A DNA stretch of 64,000 nt, taken from positions 17,774-81,773 of the forward strand of contig JAEELD010000026.1 of the NCBI GenBank assembly GCA_016288695.1, read 5' to 3'. The stretch comes from Mycoplasmataceae bacterium. GTDB taxonomy: Bacteria; Bacillota_I; Bacilli_A; Mycoplasmatales; Mycoplasmoidaceae. A program made the position numbers and the translations under genes. Under the pieces are notes generated by a model. It saw only the letters and a program-made list of their open reading frames with translations, ran no database searches and was not told where the DNA came from. Of this stretch, positions 46,853-57,279 are shown piece after piece. The stretch's first letter is position 1. Each line of letters opens with the position of its first letter.

Positions 46853-47659
46853 TTATTTCTTCTCTAATCAAAGATTAATAATTAATTTATTAACTAAATC
46901 ATCATAATTTTTATAAGTTGAAAAATATGATTTTTGTGGGATACCATCTTTCCAAACCATAGCATATGGAAAATTTGCTTCATCTGCTGATGAACTATTG
47001 CTTAACTTAAAAATGTCAGAAGAAAACAAAGTTTTTATATATTCAATAACCGAACGCATATTATTTGCAGATGAATCTTCTCTTATAAATTTATCTTTTT
47101 TAACAATGTCCTTCCAATTTGGATGTAATGATTTTATTGGCTCTTTATTTACAAATTCTTCGTCTTCTGAAGTTCATACTTGTGAATAGGGCACACCACG
47201 ATCACCATGATAACTATTAGTTGTTGGTAAATTTTTTACATCTTCTTCTTTTATAAAATCAAATATGCAAAGAATTCCAAAATCAACTTGTGATTGATAG
47301 TTTTTTAATTCATCAAAATTTTTTGACAATACACCATTACTAAATTGGGCTTCGTCAGAATAATCATGATATTTTCCACTGCTTGGTCCTGTAAAAAATA
47401 AATTACTAGATTTTATGGCTTCACAGCCAAAAATCAAAGCATAATTACCACTATGAAAGTTTTTTGTTCCATTTAGTATTTTCTCAATGCTAAAATTAGG
47501 AATTTTTAAATCAACAACAGATTTAGGTTTAACGCCACTAAAATCTAATTCTCTAAAGTATCCATACTTTACAATACTACAACTTGAAGTAGATAAAAAC
47601 AATGGAACAGCTATTAAAGAAAATCCAACAATATTTAAAAGCAAATTACATTTTTTCAT
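46853..47659 (-). CDS. putative lipoprotein
   Basis: Merges 46868-47059 and 47174-47680 (same frame; gap checked, TGA only) with a 3' extension to TAA 46853-46855. Start taken at MKKCNLLLNIVGFSLIAVPLFLSTSSC (ATG 47659): a signal peptide with a relaxed lipobox ending in Cys. 268 aa. Confidence 0.55.
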
Positions 47660-47728
47660 AAAAATATAACAACTAGACAAACATTTATGTATTAATGTAT
47701 TATATATTAATTAATATATTTGATTTTG

Positions 47729-49183
47729 ATGAGATTCCTACAAAAAACAAATAATACAAAAATAATATCTGAGCCAGATTTAAAAAAGCAAGCTTTTCGA
47801 GCAAAAAATATTAATATAAAATGAAAAGAATTTAAACTTGATAAAAAATTATTGTTAAAACAATATGCCAATTATAAATTCTTCATAAGAACTTATGGCT
47901 GCCAAGCAAACGTAATAGATACAGAAGAAATAAAAAAAATTTTAATCAAATTAGGATTTTGTGAATCAGAAGCCATAGAACAAGCAGATTTAGTAATACT
48001 AAACACATGTGCAATTAGAGAAAATTCAGAAAAAAAAGTACTTGGCGAAATAGGTTTATTAAATAAACAAAGATCTAAAAATAATAATTTTCATCTTGGC
48101 ATCTGTGGATGCATCCCACAAGATGAATTAATGTACAAAAAAATATTTGGCAACAAAAATGTTGATTTTATTTTTGGCACCCATAACATTGATTGCTTGC
48201 CATCTATCTTATATAGTGTTTATCATGACAAATTAAGAATAGTTGATATTAAAACCAAAAAATTAAACCATTATAAATTATGTGAAAGAAAATTTTCAAC
48301 AAACCACAAAGCTTTTGTAAAAATAATGGATGGCTGTAATAATTTTTGCACATATTGTATTGTGCCTTTTACAAGAGGACAGGCTATATCTAGAAACAAA
48401 AATGACATATTAAGTGAAATAAAATCTTTAATAAAAAAAGGGTACTCAGAAATAACATTAATAGGACAAAATGTTAATGATTATGGAATGGAGAACAAAA
48501 AAAATCATTACTTATTTCATGATTTATTAAATGATGTAGCAAAATTAAAAATTAAGAGAATAAGGTTTCTAACATCAAATCCATGAAATTTTGATTTAAA
48601 AGTTATTAATGCAATGAAAATTCATAAAAATATTATGCCGTCGCTTCATATCCCAATACAATCAGGCAGCAATAATATTTTAAAGAAAATGAACCGAAAA
48701 ATAAAAGTAGAGGAATATTTAAAACTTATCAAATTTATAAGAAAACAGGTCCCAAATATATCAATAACTACAGATATAATTGTTGGTTTTCCAAATGAAA
48801 CAAAAAAAGAATTTCAAAAAACAATCAACCTATATAAAAAAATTAAATTTGATAATGCTTACACTTTTATATTTTCAAAAAGGAATGGAACAGTTGCTTC
48901 TTCCATTACTGACCATACACCATTAAAAGAAAAAGAAAATAGATTAAAAAAATTAAACAAGATTGTAAAAAAATATGCTAAACAAAACAATAAAAAATAC
49001 TTAAATAAAGTAGTAGAAGTATTAATAGATGGGTATTCAAAAACAAATAAATCAAAACTTACAGGTTATTCAGAGCAATCAAAAGTTGTTAATTTTGATG
49101 GGACAGGCAAAACTGGCGAAACAGTTAAAGTAAAAATATTAACTGCTAATTCATTTTCACTTGAAGGAAAACAAATAAATTAA
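47729..49183 (+). CDS. miaB: radical-SAM tRNA methylthiotransferase (MiaB-like)
   Basis: ATG 47729, then a TGA before track ORFs 47852-48586 and 48614-49183 (same frame), 484 aa. UPF0004 domain FFIRTYGCQANVIDTE, radical SAM CNNFCTYCIVP, C-terminal TRAM-like segment. Start could instead be at 47852. Confidence 0.78.
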
Positions 49184-49184
49184 T

Positions 49185-51161
49185 TTAGTAAATATCTTGC
49201 TTATATTGCAAAATGCAAGAAATATGCATTAATAAAAAAGATATAAAAATTCAAATTATCACTATGGAAATATTTGATATATATTTTGTTTCAGAATAAA
49301 CATAAACTTTATCTAGATAAATTGTTGATATATTATTGCTTGTTAATGAATATGTAGAGACTGGCAATGAAAACACATGATCACTTGCTTTCATGTTATC
49401 AGAGAAATTTGGTGTCCCATCAATCTTTAAGCCTTCACCTGAAAAACCAAAATGTCAATTTGATTTATACGTTGAATTTATTTCACTTAAAGAACAATAT
49501 GCCAACATATATCTAAATAATAATGACATATTAATTTTTATTTTTTCAGTAGTTTCTTTATGTGAAATCGGATTTGAAATTTCAAATTCCTCTGAAATAC
49601 TATTTGCTATATGTGTATATTTTGATTCATCATATTTTATTCAGTCAATGAATCTTATATTATGTGCATCAAGATATTTTGGTATTAGGTCATTTCAATA
49701 AATTGAAAGAAAATGCTTAAAAATCGCATATTCAATTTTTGCAAATGAAATATTTAAATTTGTAATATCATCCAATTGAAAACCATACTCTTTTTTTTTA
49801 TTTTGCATAAATGTGTTACACAAATTTATATATGATGTCATAATCGATTTACTATTATCATTAGTAAAATTAAGAATCTTTCTATAAATAGGTTCCACTA
49901 ATAAAGCCTTTGTTATATTTTCATAAACATCTGTGTTGAATTTATCATAATTTTTATTAGTGTCTTCTAATTCAGATTGGGAAATAAAAATAGATGGAAT
50001 AGAAATTTTTTCATTAAACAAAAAATTTTTAGAATTTGAAATATATGCAGTATTAAATTTACAACCAAATAAATCTAATTTACTATTTGTTGAGAGACTG
50101 TTGCCTAATGTAACTAACAATATTGATTTGGTATCTTTTGGTTTGTAAGTGTCAATATCTGTATCATTAAATATACTACCATGCATAAAAAAAAGCATCG
50201 GAAAAATATTTTTTTTTCTTTCACCTGACAAAAAATAATCGTTCAAATAGTTAATGAAAATAGAATTTTTATTTTTAATTGTAGTTCTATAAATGGCACT
50301 TGAACCAAATGGTGTTATTGCAGAAACATTTTCTGAGTTAACTAAATTGCATGAATTATACAAATATGATAACTGACCATTTATGTTCAAATAGTGATAA
50401 ATTGCATTAGGATTTTGATCATATTTTAAATATTCATAATATAAATCATTTTGCAAATCATTATTAATATAAGCAAAAGAATTTCACCTATTATTTGTCT
50501 TTTGTACCAAAAATGAATTTATTTTAAACCCTTCTCTATCTAAAACAGAATTATTTAATGTTGTAAGCACATATGGTGAAATAATATTTAAAACATCAAA
50601 GATAATTGCTGAACCAACTATAATAACAGCAATATGGATTTTACTTGCAAATAAACTAATTAAAACAGCGATTGATGAAAAAAGCAAAAGAATTACTATA
50701 GTTGCAACAAAAATTGAGCAAAACAACAATGGAACTAATCCATATTGTATTCCGCTTGGGTTATTAGACGCATCATAATTGCCAAGAAATAAAGTAAGTA
50801 GTGAAAGTATTGATGATATAAAACTAATTGAAAATGAAATTATCATCATTCATAAAAACTTTATAAAAATAATTTTTTGTCTAGACAAGTACTTTGATGA
50901 AACAATTAATTCAGATCCATCATCAATAGGCTCTTTAAAAATAAAAATAACTATCATTGCAGCTATTGAAGATGCAATAGTAATAAATGGTGATTTTACA
51001 TTATATTGTTCTGATGTTCAAATTTCGAGTGGATTAATTTTTATTGAAATGGGTACAATAAACAAAATAACAACAATGAAAAATCAATACAAAAATATTG
51101 AAATCCATAATGGTACTCTTTTTACAAAAAAATTTGTTAAAAATTTAAAGTACTGAAACAT
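49185..51161 (-). CDS. large hypothetical membrane protein (N-terminal TM bundle, about 400-aa middle domain, C-terminal TM)
   Basis: Single code-4 frame from ATG 51161 to TAA 49185-49187 (658 aa), traced triplet by triplet. At least eight in-frame TGA and no TAA/TAG. The track shows only 49695-50456 and 50484-50849. Five hydrophobic segments in the first roughly 220 aa, and a final one, ISIVIIWIFISFLLMHISCIL. Confidence 0.6.
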
Positions 51162-51168
51162 AAAAAAA

Positions 51169-52101
51169 TTATAAATATTTATAAATATCTTTTGTTGATA
51201 ATTTTATTGTTTTACCTCTTAAATAACTTAAAATACCAGAGTTATTTTTAAATTTGAAAGCTATGCTATATGCACATAATGATTGAAACTTTAATTTATC
51301 TTTATATTCTTTTTGTGTATATTTATGTTCTCCATAAAGCGGATAACCTAAAAAATTCAAATGAGCTCTTATTTGGTGAGTCCTTCCAGTGACTAAATTT
51401 ACTTTTAATATTGACGAAACAGAATCATGACTAATCACTTCATATGATGTAATAATTTTTTTTGAATTAAGATTAATTGGTTTGTTCGTTATTTTAACGA
51501 TATTATGTTTTTGATTTTTTGTCAAATATGAAGTGACAATCTTTCTTTTAGGATCAACTATTCCATGAACTTTACAAATATATTCTTTTTGAATCTCGTG
51601 ATTCTTGATTTTTTCATTTAAAATTTGCAATGTTTCATGGTTCTTTGCAATGATTACTAGGCCCCCAGTATTTCGATCAATTCTATTAACTAAACTTGGA
51701 ACAAAAATATTTTCATTTTCTGGATCATATTCCTTTTCAGCAATTAAATAAGAGATAGCTTGTTTAATTAATGAATTTTCCGATTCAAAAAAATCAGAAT
51801 GAACAACCAAACCTTTTGGTTTGTCAACAATTAAAACATTTTTATCTTCATATATCACATTAAATTCTTTTTTTAATGGAAAAGTATTTTTTTTGTGAAC
51901 AACACCAAAATCTGCAAAAAGTTGCACAACATCACCATTTTTAGTTAAATATTTAAAATTAACTTTTTTACCATTTACTTTAATTTTTTTTTTACGGAAA
52001 AATTTATACAAATTATTTTTTTTTATAGTAGGGAAACATTTAATTAAAAAATTATCTAATCTTATATTTTCATCATTCTTTTTAATTCTTATTATTTTCA
52101 T
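51169..52101 (-). CDS. RluA-family pseudouridine synthase with N-terminal S4 domain (RluC/RluD-like)
   Basis: 310 aa. S4-like IRLDNFLIKCFPTIKKNNLYKFFRKKKIKVNGKKV. Catalytic NRIDRNTGGLVIIAKN, and GRTHQIRAH. Confidence 0.87.
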   Translation of the reverse strand: MKIIRIKKNDENIRLDNFLIKCFPTIKKNNLYKFFRKKKIKVNGKKVNFKYLTKNGDVVQLFADFGVVHKKNTFPLKKEFNVIYEDKNVLIVDKPKGLVVHSDFFESENSLIKQAISYLIAEKEYDPENENIFVPSLVNRIDRNTGGLVIIAKNHETLQILNEKIKNHEIQKEYICKVHGIVDPKRKIVTSYLTKNQKHNIVKITNKPINLNSKKIITSYEVISHDSVSSILKVNLVTGRTHQIRAHLNFLGYPLYGEHKYTQKEYKDKLKFQSLCAYSIAFKFKNNSGILSYLRGKTIKLSTKDIYKYL

Positions 52102-52108
52102 TATTAGT

Positions 52109-53626
52109 TTATTTTTTTATTAAAGAATTCTCACTCATTTCCTTTGGAATCTTTAAACCCATGTATGATAATATTGTTGGAGAGATATTAGATAATTTTC
52201 CTCCACTTAAGATTTTTATTTTTTTATCTGATATTATCAAAAAAACTTGATTATTTGTATGACTTGTAACAATACTCCCATCAATATCTAACATTTTTTC
52301 TGCATTCCCGTGGTCGCTTGTTACAAATAAAGTAAAATTATTTTTTTTACATACTTTATATAATTCGCCTATCTGCCTATCAACACATTCTATAGCCCTA
52401 ATTGTGGCTTTCAACACACCTGTATGACCAACCATATCACAATTCGCATAGTTAACTAAGATAAAATCAAATTTTTTAATGTTAGCTTTAATATATTTTG
52501 TAATTTTGCTAGCTGACATTTCAGGCATTAAATCATATGTCTTGACTTTTGGACTTGGGATTAAAATCTTTTTTTCATTTTTGTATTGCTTATTTATTCC
52601 ACCATCAAAAAAATATGTAACATGTGCATATTTTTCTGTTTCAGATATTCTTAATTGAGACAAATTGTTTTTTTCCAAAATATCACCTAACACATTTTTA
52701 AATTGAAGTTTTGGAAAAATTACATTATCACAATCAATGCCATCATACTTAGTTATTGTTGATAAATAGATATTATTGATCTTTCTTTTTGGAACAAAAT
52801 TATACAACTTCGATTTTTTAAAACAATGACAAAGTTGACGCATTCGATCTGAACGGAAATTAATTGTAAATATAACATCATTATTTTTAATTGATAAAAT
52901 TTTTCCATCTTTCTGAACTCAGCACGCTGGCTCAATAAATTCATCTGTAATATTTCTTTTATATTGTTCTTTGACAAATTGTTTTAAATCTATAAATTTA
53001 CGACTACTATAACCAAGCATATTTAAGTAAGCTAATTCTGTTCGTTCTCAGCGCTGATCTCGATCCATTGCAAAAAATCGTCCTGAAATAGTCGATATTC
53101 TTGCATTGTATTTTTTACAAACTAATAAAAATGAATCTAGTAAGTTGATAAATGACTTAGGATCAGTATCCCTACCATCAGAAATTATATGAATGACTGG
53201 TCTAATTTTTTTCTTGTTGAAGAAAAATAACATTTTAACTATGTGATTATAACTGCTGTGTACACCTCCTTTTGATACTAAGCAAATTAAATGAAGTGAA
53301 CACTTTCGTCTTTTAATCTCATTAACTAAAGCATCTAAATTTTGATTTTTATAAAATTTATTGTTTTTTAATGAATTGTCAATTATGCTAAGTCCTGTAT
53401 AAACAATTCTGCCTGCACCTATATTTAAATGACCAACTTCGCTATTTCCCATTTGATTTATTGGCAATCCAACATATTTTCCAGATGCATTGATTAAACT
53501 ATGTGGATATTTTTGTAACAAAAAATCTAAATTAGGATGGTTTGACAAATATCATGCATTACCTATATGAGTTTTTGAAACGCCCAACCCATCTATAATT
53601 GCTAACAATACTCTTTGATTTACCAT
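52109..53626 (-). CDS. gpmI: 2,3-bisphosphoglycerate-independent phosphoglycerate mutase
   Basis: Merges 52109-52843 and 53048-53548 with a 5' extension to ATG 53626 (same frame; gap 52844-53047 checked, TGA only), 505 aa. MVNQRVLLAIIDGLG, NSEVGHLNIGAGR, SDGGVHS-like KGGVHSS, NYANCDMVGHTG, TSDHGNAE. Confidence 0.93.
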
Positions 53627-53718
53627 TACTATAATTACTATATAAATATAATCATTTTAAAGATAAAATAATTCATAAAATAAGATTGCAAAATAAGCAC
53701 GCCATAACATAGAAGAAT

Positions 53719-54561
53719 ATGACAAAACCGATAGCAGTTAAATTCAAGAATGTATCATTTTCTTACAAAAATGAAAATGAAGGTAATCCAACTATTAATA
53801 ATATAAGCTTTGAGATTGAACAAGGCGAATATGTTTGTATTGTTGGAGGAAATGGAAGTGGAAAATCTACCATTAGTAAATTGATTGTTGGATTATTAAA
53901 GCCACATTCTGGTTCAATATTCATCAATGATAAAATTTTAAATACTAATAATCTAACTTTTGTAAGAGAAAATGTAGGAATTATTTTTCAAAATCCAGAT
54001 AATCAATTTATTGGCTTGACAAGCGAGAATGACATAGCTTTTGGTCTTGAAAATAAACAAATAGATGCTTCATATATGCGGGAAATAATCAAAGTTGTTG
54101 CAAAGATAGTTAATATTGAAGATTTATTAAAAAAGGATGCATCAAAGCTTTCTGGTGGGCAAAAACAAAAAGTTGCTATTGCTTCAATTTTAGCCACAAA
54201 CCCAAAAGTTATTATTTTTGACGAATCAACATCAATGCTTGATCCGACTTCAAAAATTGAATTAAAGAAATTGATTTTATTCTTAAAATCAAAACTTAAC
54301 AAAACTATTATTTCAATAACTCATGATGTTGAAGAAATTATCAATGCAGATAAAGTTATGGTGATTAATAATGGTTCTATAGAAAAATATGATAAACCTG
54401 AAACGATTTTTAATGATGAAAATTTTTTACGAAAAAACAAACTAGATGCTCCATACGTAGTCCAATTATCAAGACAACTAAATAAAACAATAGGAATAAA
54501 TGTAACACTAAATCAAGCTGAAATGATTAAAAATATTTGTAAATATGAGAAAAATAAATAA
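53719..54561 (+). CDS. ecfA1: energy-coupling factor transporter ATPase
   Basis: 280 aa. Walker A GGNGSGKST, signature LSGGQKQKVAIA, Walker B IIFDEST. First of the ecfA-ecfA'-ecfT-truA arrangement. Confidence 0.9.
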   Translation: MTKPIAVKFKNVSFSYKNENEGNPTINNISFEIEQGEYVCIVGGNGSGKSTISKLIVGLLKPHSGSIFINDKILNTNNLTFVRENVGIIFQNPDNQFIGLTSENDIAFGLENKQIDASYMREIIKVVAKIVNIEDLLKKDASKLSGGQKQKVAIASILATNPKVIIFDESTSMLDPTSKIELKKLILFLKSKLNKTIISITHDVEEIINADKVMVINNGSIEKYDKPETIFNDENFLRKNKLDAPYVVQLSRQLNKTIGINVTLNQAEMIKNICKYEKNK

Positions 54562-55495
54562 CTTAGCTACAGCACCTATGGACAAAAAAAATGCATTAAA
54601 TTATAAACTTAATGATAATTTAGCTATTAAACTAGATAATCTAAAAATTGTATTAAATGAACATAATTACAATAAAACACTAATTTTAAATGAAACCTCT
54701 GTAGAATTTGAAAAAAATAAAATTTATTTCATAGTTGGAGATTCCGGCACAGGTAAATCAACATTGGTTAGCCATTTCAATGGAATTATTAAATCTAAAT
54801 ATGGAAATATTTTTATCCTAGATAGCAAAATTATTGGCAAAAAATGGAGAATCAGTAAGTTTAAAAAACTACGAAAAAATGTTGGAATGGTTTTTCAATT
54901 CCCTGAATACCAATTATTTAAGGATACTATTTTAAAAGATGTGATGTTTGGTCCATTAAACTTAGGGATAAAAAAAACAATGGCAAGAGAATTAGCAACT
55001 ATTGCACTAGAAAGAATGGGGATCAATAAAAAACTATTTGGAAATAGCCCATTCGAAATATCTGGAGGGCAAAAAAGAAGAGTTGCTATTGCCGGGATAC
55101 TTTCATTTAATCCTGAAATTTTAATATTCGATGAACCAACAGCAGGATTGGACCCGCTAGGTACAAAAGAAATGTTACAAACAATAAAACAATTAAAAGC
55201 AAAAAATAAAACAATATTTGTCATTACACATGATATGGACCATGTACTTGAACTTGCAGATAAAGTAATTTTTATTAAAAATAATAAAATAGAAAAAATA
55301 GATGAACCATATAATATCTTTAAAGATAAAGAACTTTTAAAAAATACAACTATTATGTTGCCAAAAATATTTGTTACAATTAATGAATTGTGTAATAAAG
55401 AAAACAAATTTGCAAAATTGTATGATATGAAACCGAAGACAATTAATGAATTGGCCGATTGTATATCAAAAATTATAAAAGGAAACTATGCCTAG
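54545..55495 (+). CDS. ecfA2: energy-coupling factor transporter ATPase
   Basis: 316 aa. Walker A GDSGTGKST, signature ISGGQKRRVAIA, Walker B LIFDEPTAGLD. Start could be the internal ATG (MDKKNAL...) at 54578. Confidence 0.9.
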   Translation: MRKINNLATAPMDKKNALNYKLNDNLAIKLDNLKIVLNEHNYNKTLILNETSVEFEKNKIYFIVGDSGTGKSTLVSHFNGIIKSKYGNIFILDSKIIGKKWRISKFKKLRKNVGMVFQFPEYQLFKDTILKDVMFGPLNLGIKKTMARELATIALERMGINKKLFGNSPFEISGGQKRRVAIAGILSFNPEILIFDEPTAGLDPLGTKEMLQTIKQLKAKNKTIFVITHDMDHVLELADKVIFIKNNKIEKIDEPYNIFKDKELLKNTTIMLPKIFVTINELCNKENKFAKLYDMKPKTINELADCISKIIKGNYA

Positions 55496-56546
55496 TTATA
55501 ATCTATATGTTGAAAAAAATAGTTTTTTGCATAGATTGAATCCTATGCTTAAATTGCTACTAACGTTTATATTGATAATTTTTATTTTCTGTGCCAACAC
55601 GTATTCTTCTCAATTTTTTGTAGTTGCATTAATTTTTTTAATGTGTCTTTTATCAAAAATATCCTTTAGAACATTTTTTTCAATATTAGCAACTTGTTTT
55701 TTTATGTTTATCATACTCTTTTTGATAAATTGATTATGCTATAAGCAACCTGTCTTTTCAAATATTAGTATATTTGAAAATGATATACTTTTTGGCAATT
55801 TTAAATCATTATTAGAGAAACATAAAAGTGAAATAAGAAACTATGATAAAACATGTTTTTTCATAAGTGATTTATGAGGCGGGGATGTTATTAAAAATAT
55901 CCAACTTACTAAACCAACTACTGATGACTTAAAATATATTTCTTGCTCACTGCCAAATAAAATGGAAGTATATATATGATATACTTCTTATTGATACACA
56001 TTATCACCAAATGTAATCTTTAAAAGTTTGATAATAAGTACAAAAATTTTTTTAATGATTACAACAGTAACTATTTTTATATCAACAACAAATAATTCAA
56101 TGATAATAATCGCGCTTGAAGATATACTTTATCCACTAAAATACTTGAAAGTACCTGTTAATGAAATTTCAATGATATTATCTATTGCTATACGATTTGT
56201 TCCAAGCTTGATTCAAGAATCAAATATGATCTTACGAGCCCAAGCATCACGTGGGGTTGATTTTAGAAATGGGAATGTTAAAGATAAATTTAAATCTTTA
56301 ATTTGTTTGATAATTCCAATGTTTTCATTAGCATTTTACAAAGCTGATGATTTATCTAATACAATGGAAACAAGAGGGTATAAACCACATTCAGAAAGAA
56401 CATATTACCAACAAACAAAAGTTTCTCATAAAGATATAACATTTTCATTTTTATTTTCAATTTTATTAGGGCTAATTATTGTTTTTATAATTTCGAAAAA
56501 AATATTTTATGGATTTACACCAATTGAATTTTTGATAATTAATTAA
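55488..56546 (+). CDS. ecfT: energy-coupling factor transporter transmembrane subunit EcfT (with about 95-aa insertion)
   Basis: 55488-55733 and 56028-56546 are in the same frame. Gap checked triplet by triplet: four TGA, no TAA/TAG. 352 aa. LHRLNPMLKL at the N-terminus and AQASRGVDF (the conserved EcfT coupling helix A.R.RG motif). Confidence 0.85.
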
Positions 56547-57277
56547 TGAATTACTTAATTGATATTAGTTATGATGGAAGCAAATTTCATGGTTGAGCAA
56601 AACAATTAAATGCTTACACTGTACAAGGTGAGATTGAAAAAATATTATCAAAAATATATAGGGAAAAAATTTGTATTTTTGGAAGTGGAAGAACAGATAT
56701 GGGCGTCCATGCTTTGCATCAATTTTTTAATTTTCATGAAAAAAAAATACATTTAAATAAATTACAGTTATTTAATTCTCTAAATGGATACTTCCCTAAA
56801 ACTATAAAAGTAAATAAGATATTTGTAGTGGACAAAAAATTTAATGCACGAACTAGTGCTAAATCTAAAACATATATTTACTATATAAATACGAGTGCAT
56901 TTGATTTATTCAAAGACAATTATTTATTAAATTACAATAAAGAAATTAATATAAAAAAAATAAAAGATGCTTCTAATCTATTCATGGGAAAACACAATTT
57001 TCTTTCATTTAGCAAATCAACACTTGAAAATAATGTACGCATTATAAAAAAAATATCTATTTGAAAGTCTAAATCAATTGTCAATATTGAAATATCGGGG
57101 ACAGGTTTTTTAAGAAGTATGGTAAGAATGATTATTGGAAGTCTAATAGATGTAAATGAAAATAAAAAAGGAATAAAAGACATAAAGAATCTACTAAATA
57201 ATCCATCAAAAGGATCATCACAATCCATTGTTTCTCCCAATGGACTCTATTTAAAAAAAGTTGAATATTTAATTTAG
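56546..57277 (+). CDS. truA: tRNA pseudouridine(38-40) synthase
   Basis: ATG 56546 overlaps the ecfT stop (TAATG). Merges an unlisted 5' part with 56699-57064 and a 3' extension to TAG 57275-57277, 243 aa. YDGSKFHGW, GSGRTDMGVHALHQ, GTGFLRSMVRMIIG. Confidence 0.92.
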
Positions 57278-57279
57278 AT

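Noticed and set aside
49196-49219. Inverted repeat CTTGC-N14-GCAAG after miaB, first taken for a bidirectional terminator
   Set aside because: Once the large membrane gene is extended through its UGA codons, the repeat falls inside its C-terminal coding region. The stem is only 5 bp, with no U-tract on either strand.
49393-49701. 102-aa plus-strand ORF, and likewise 50779-51156 (125 aa)
   Set aside because: Both lie inside the single code-4 minus-strand frame 49185-51161, which has coherent TM topology. The plus-strand frames are isolated, lack an RBS, and are interpreted as antisense shadows.
52753-52977. 74-aa minus-strand ORF in a different frame within gpmI
   Set aside because: The gpmI frame is continuous here under code 4 and matches the conserved iPGM sequence. 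The alternative frame has no support.
54895-55407. 170-aa minus-strand ORF (and 54003-54302)
   Set aside because: These are antisense to ecfA2/ecfA1, which carry intact Walker A/B and ABC signature motifs. Shadow ORFs.
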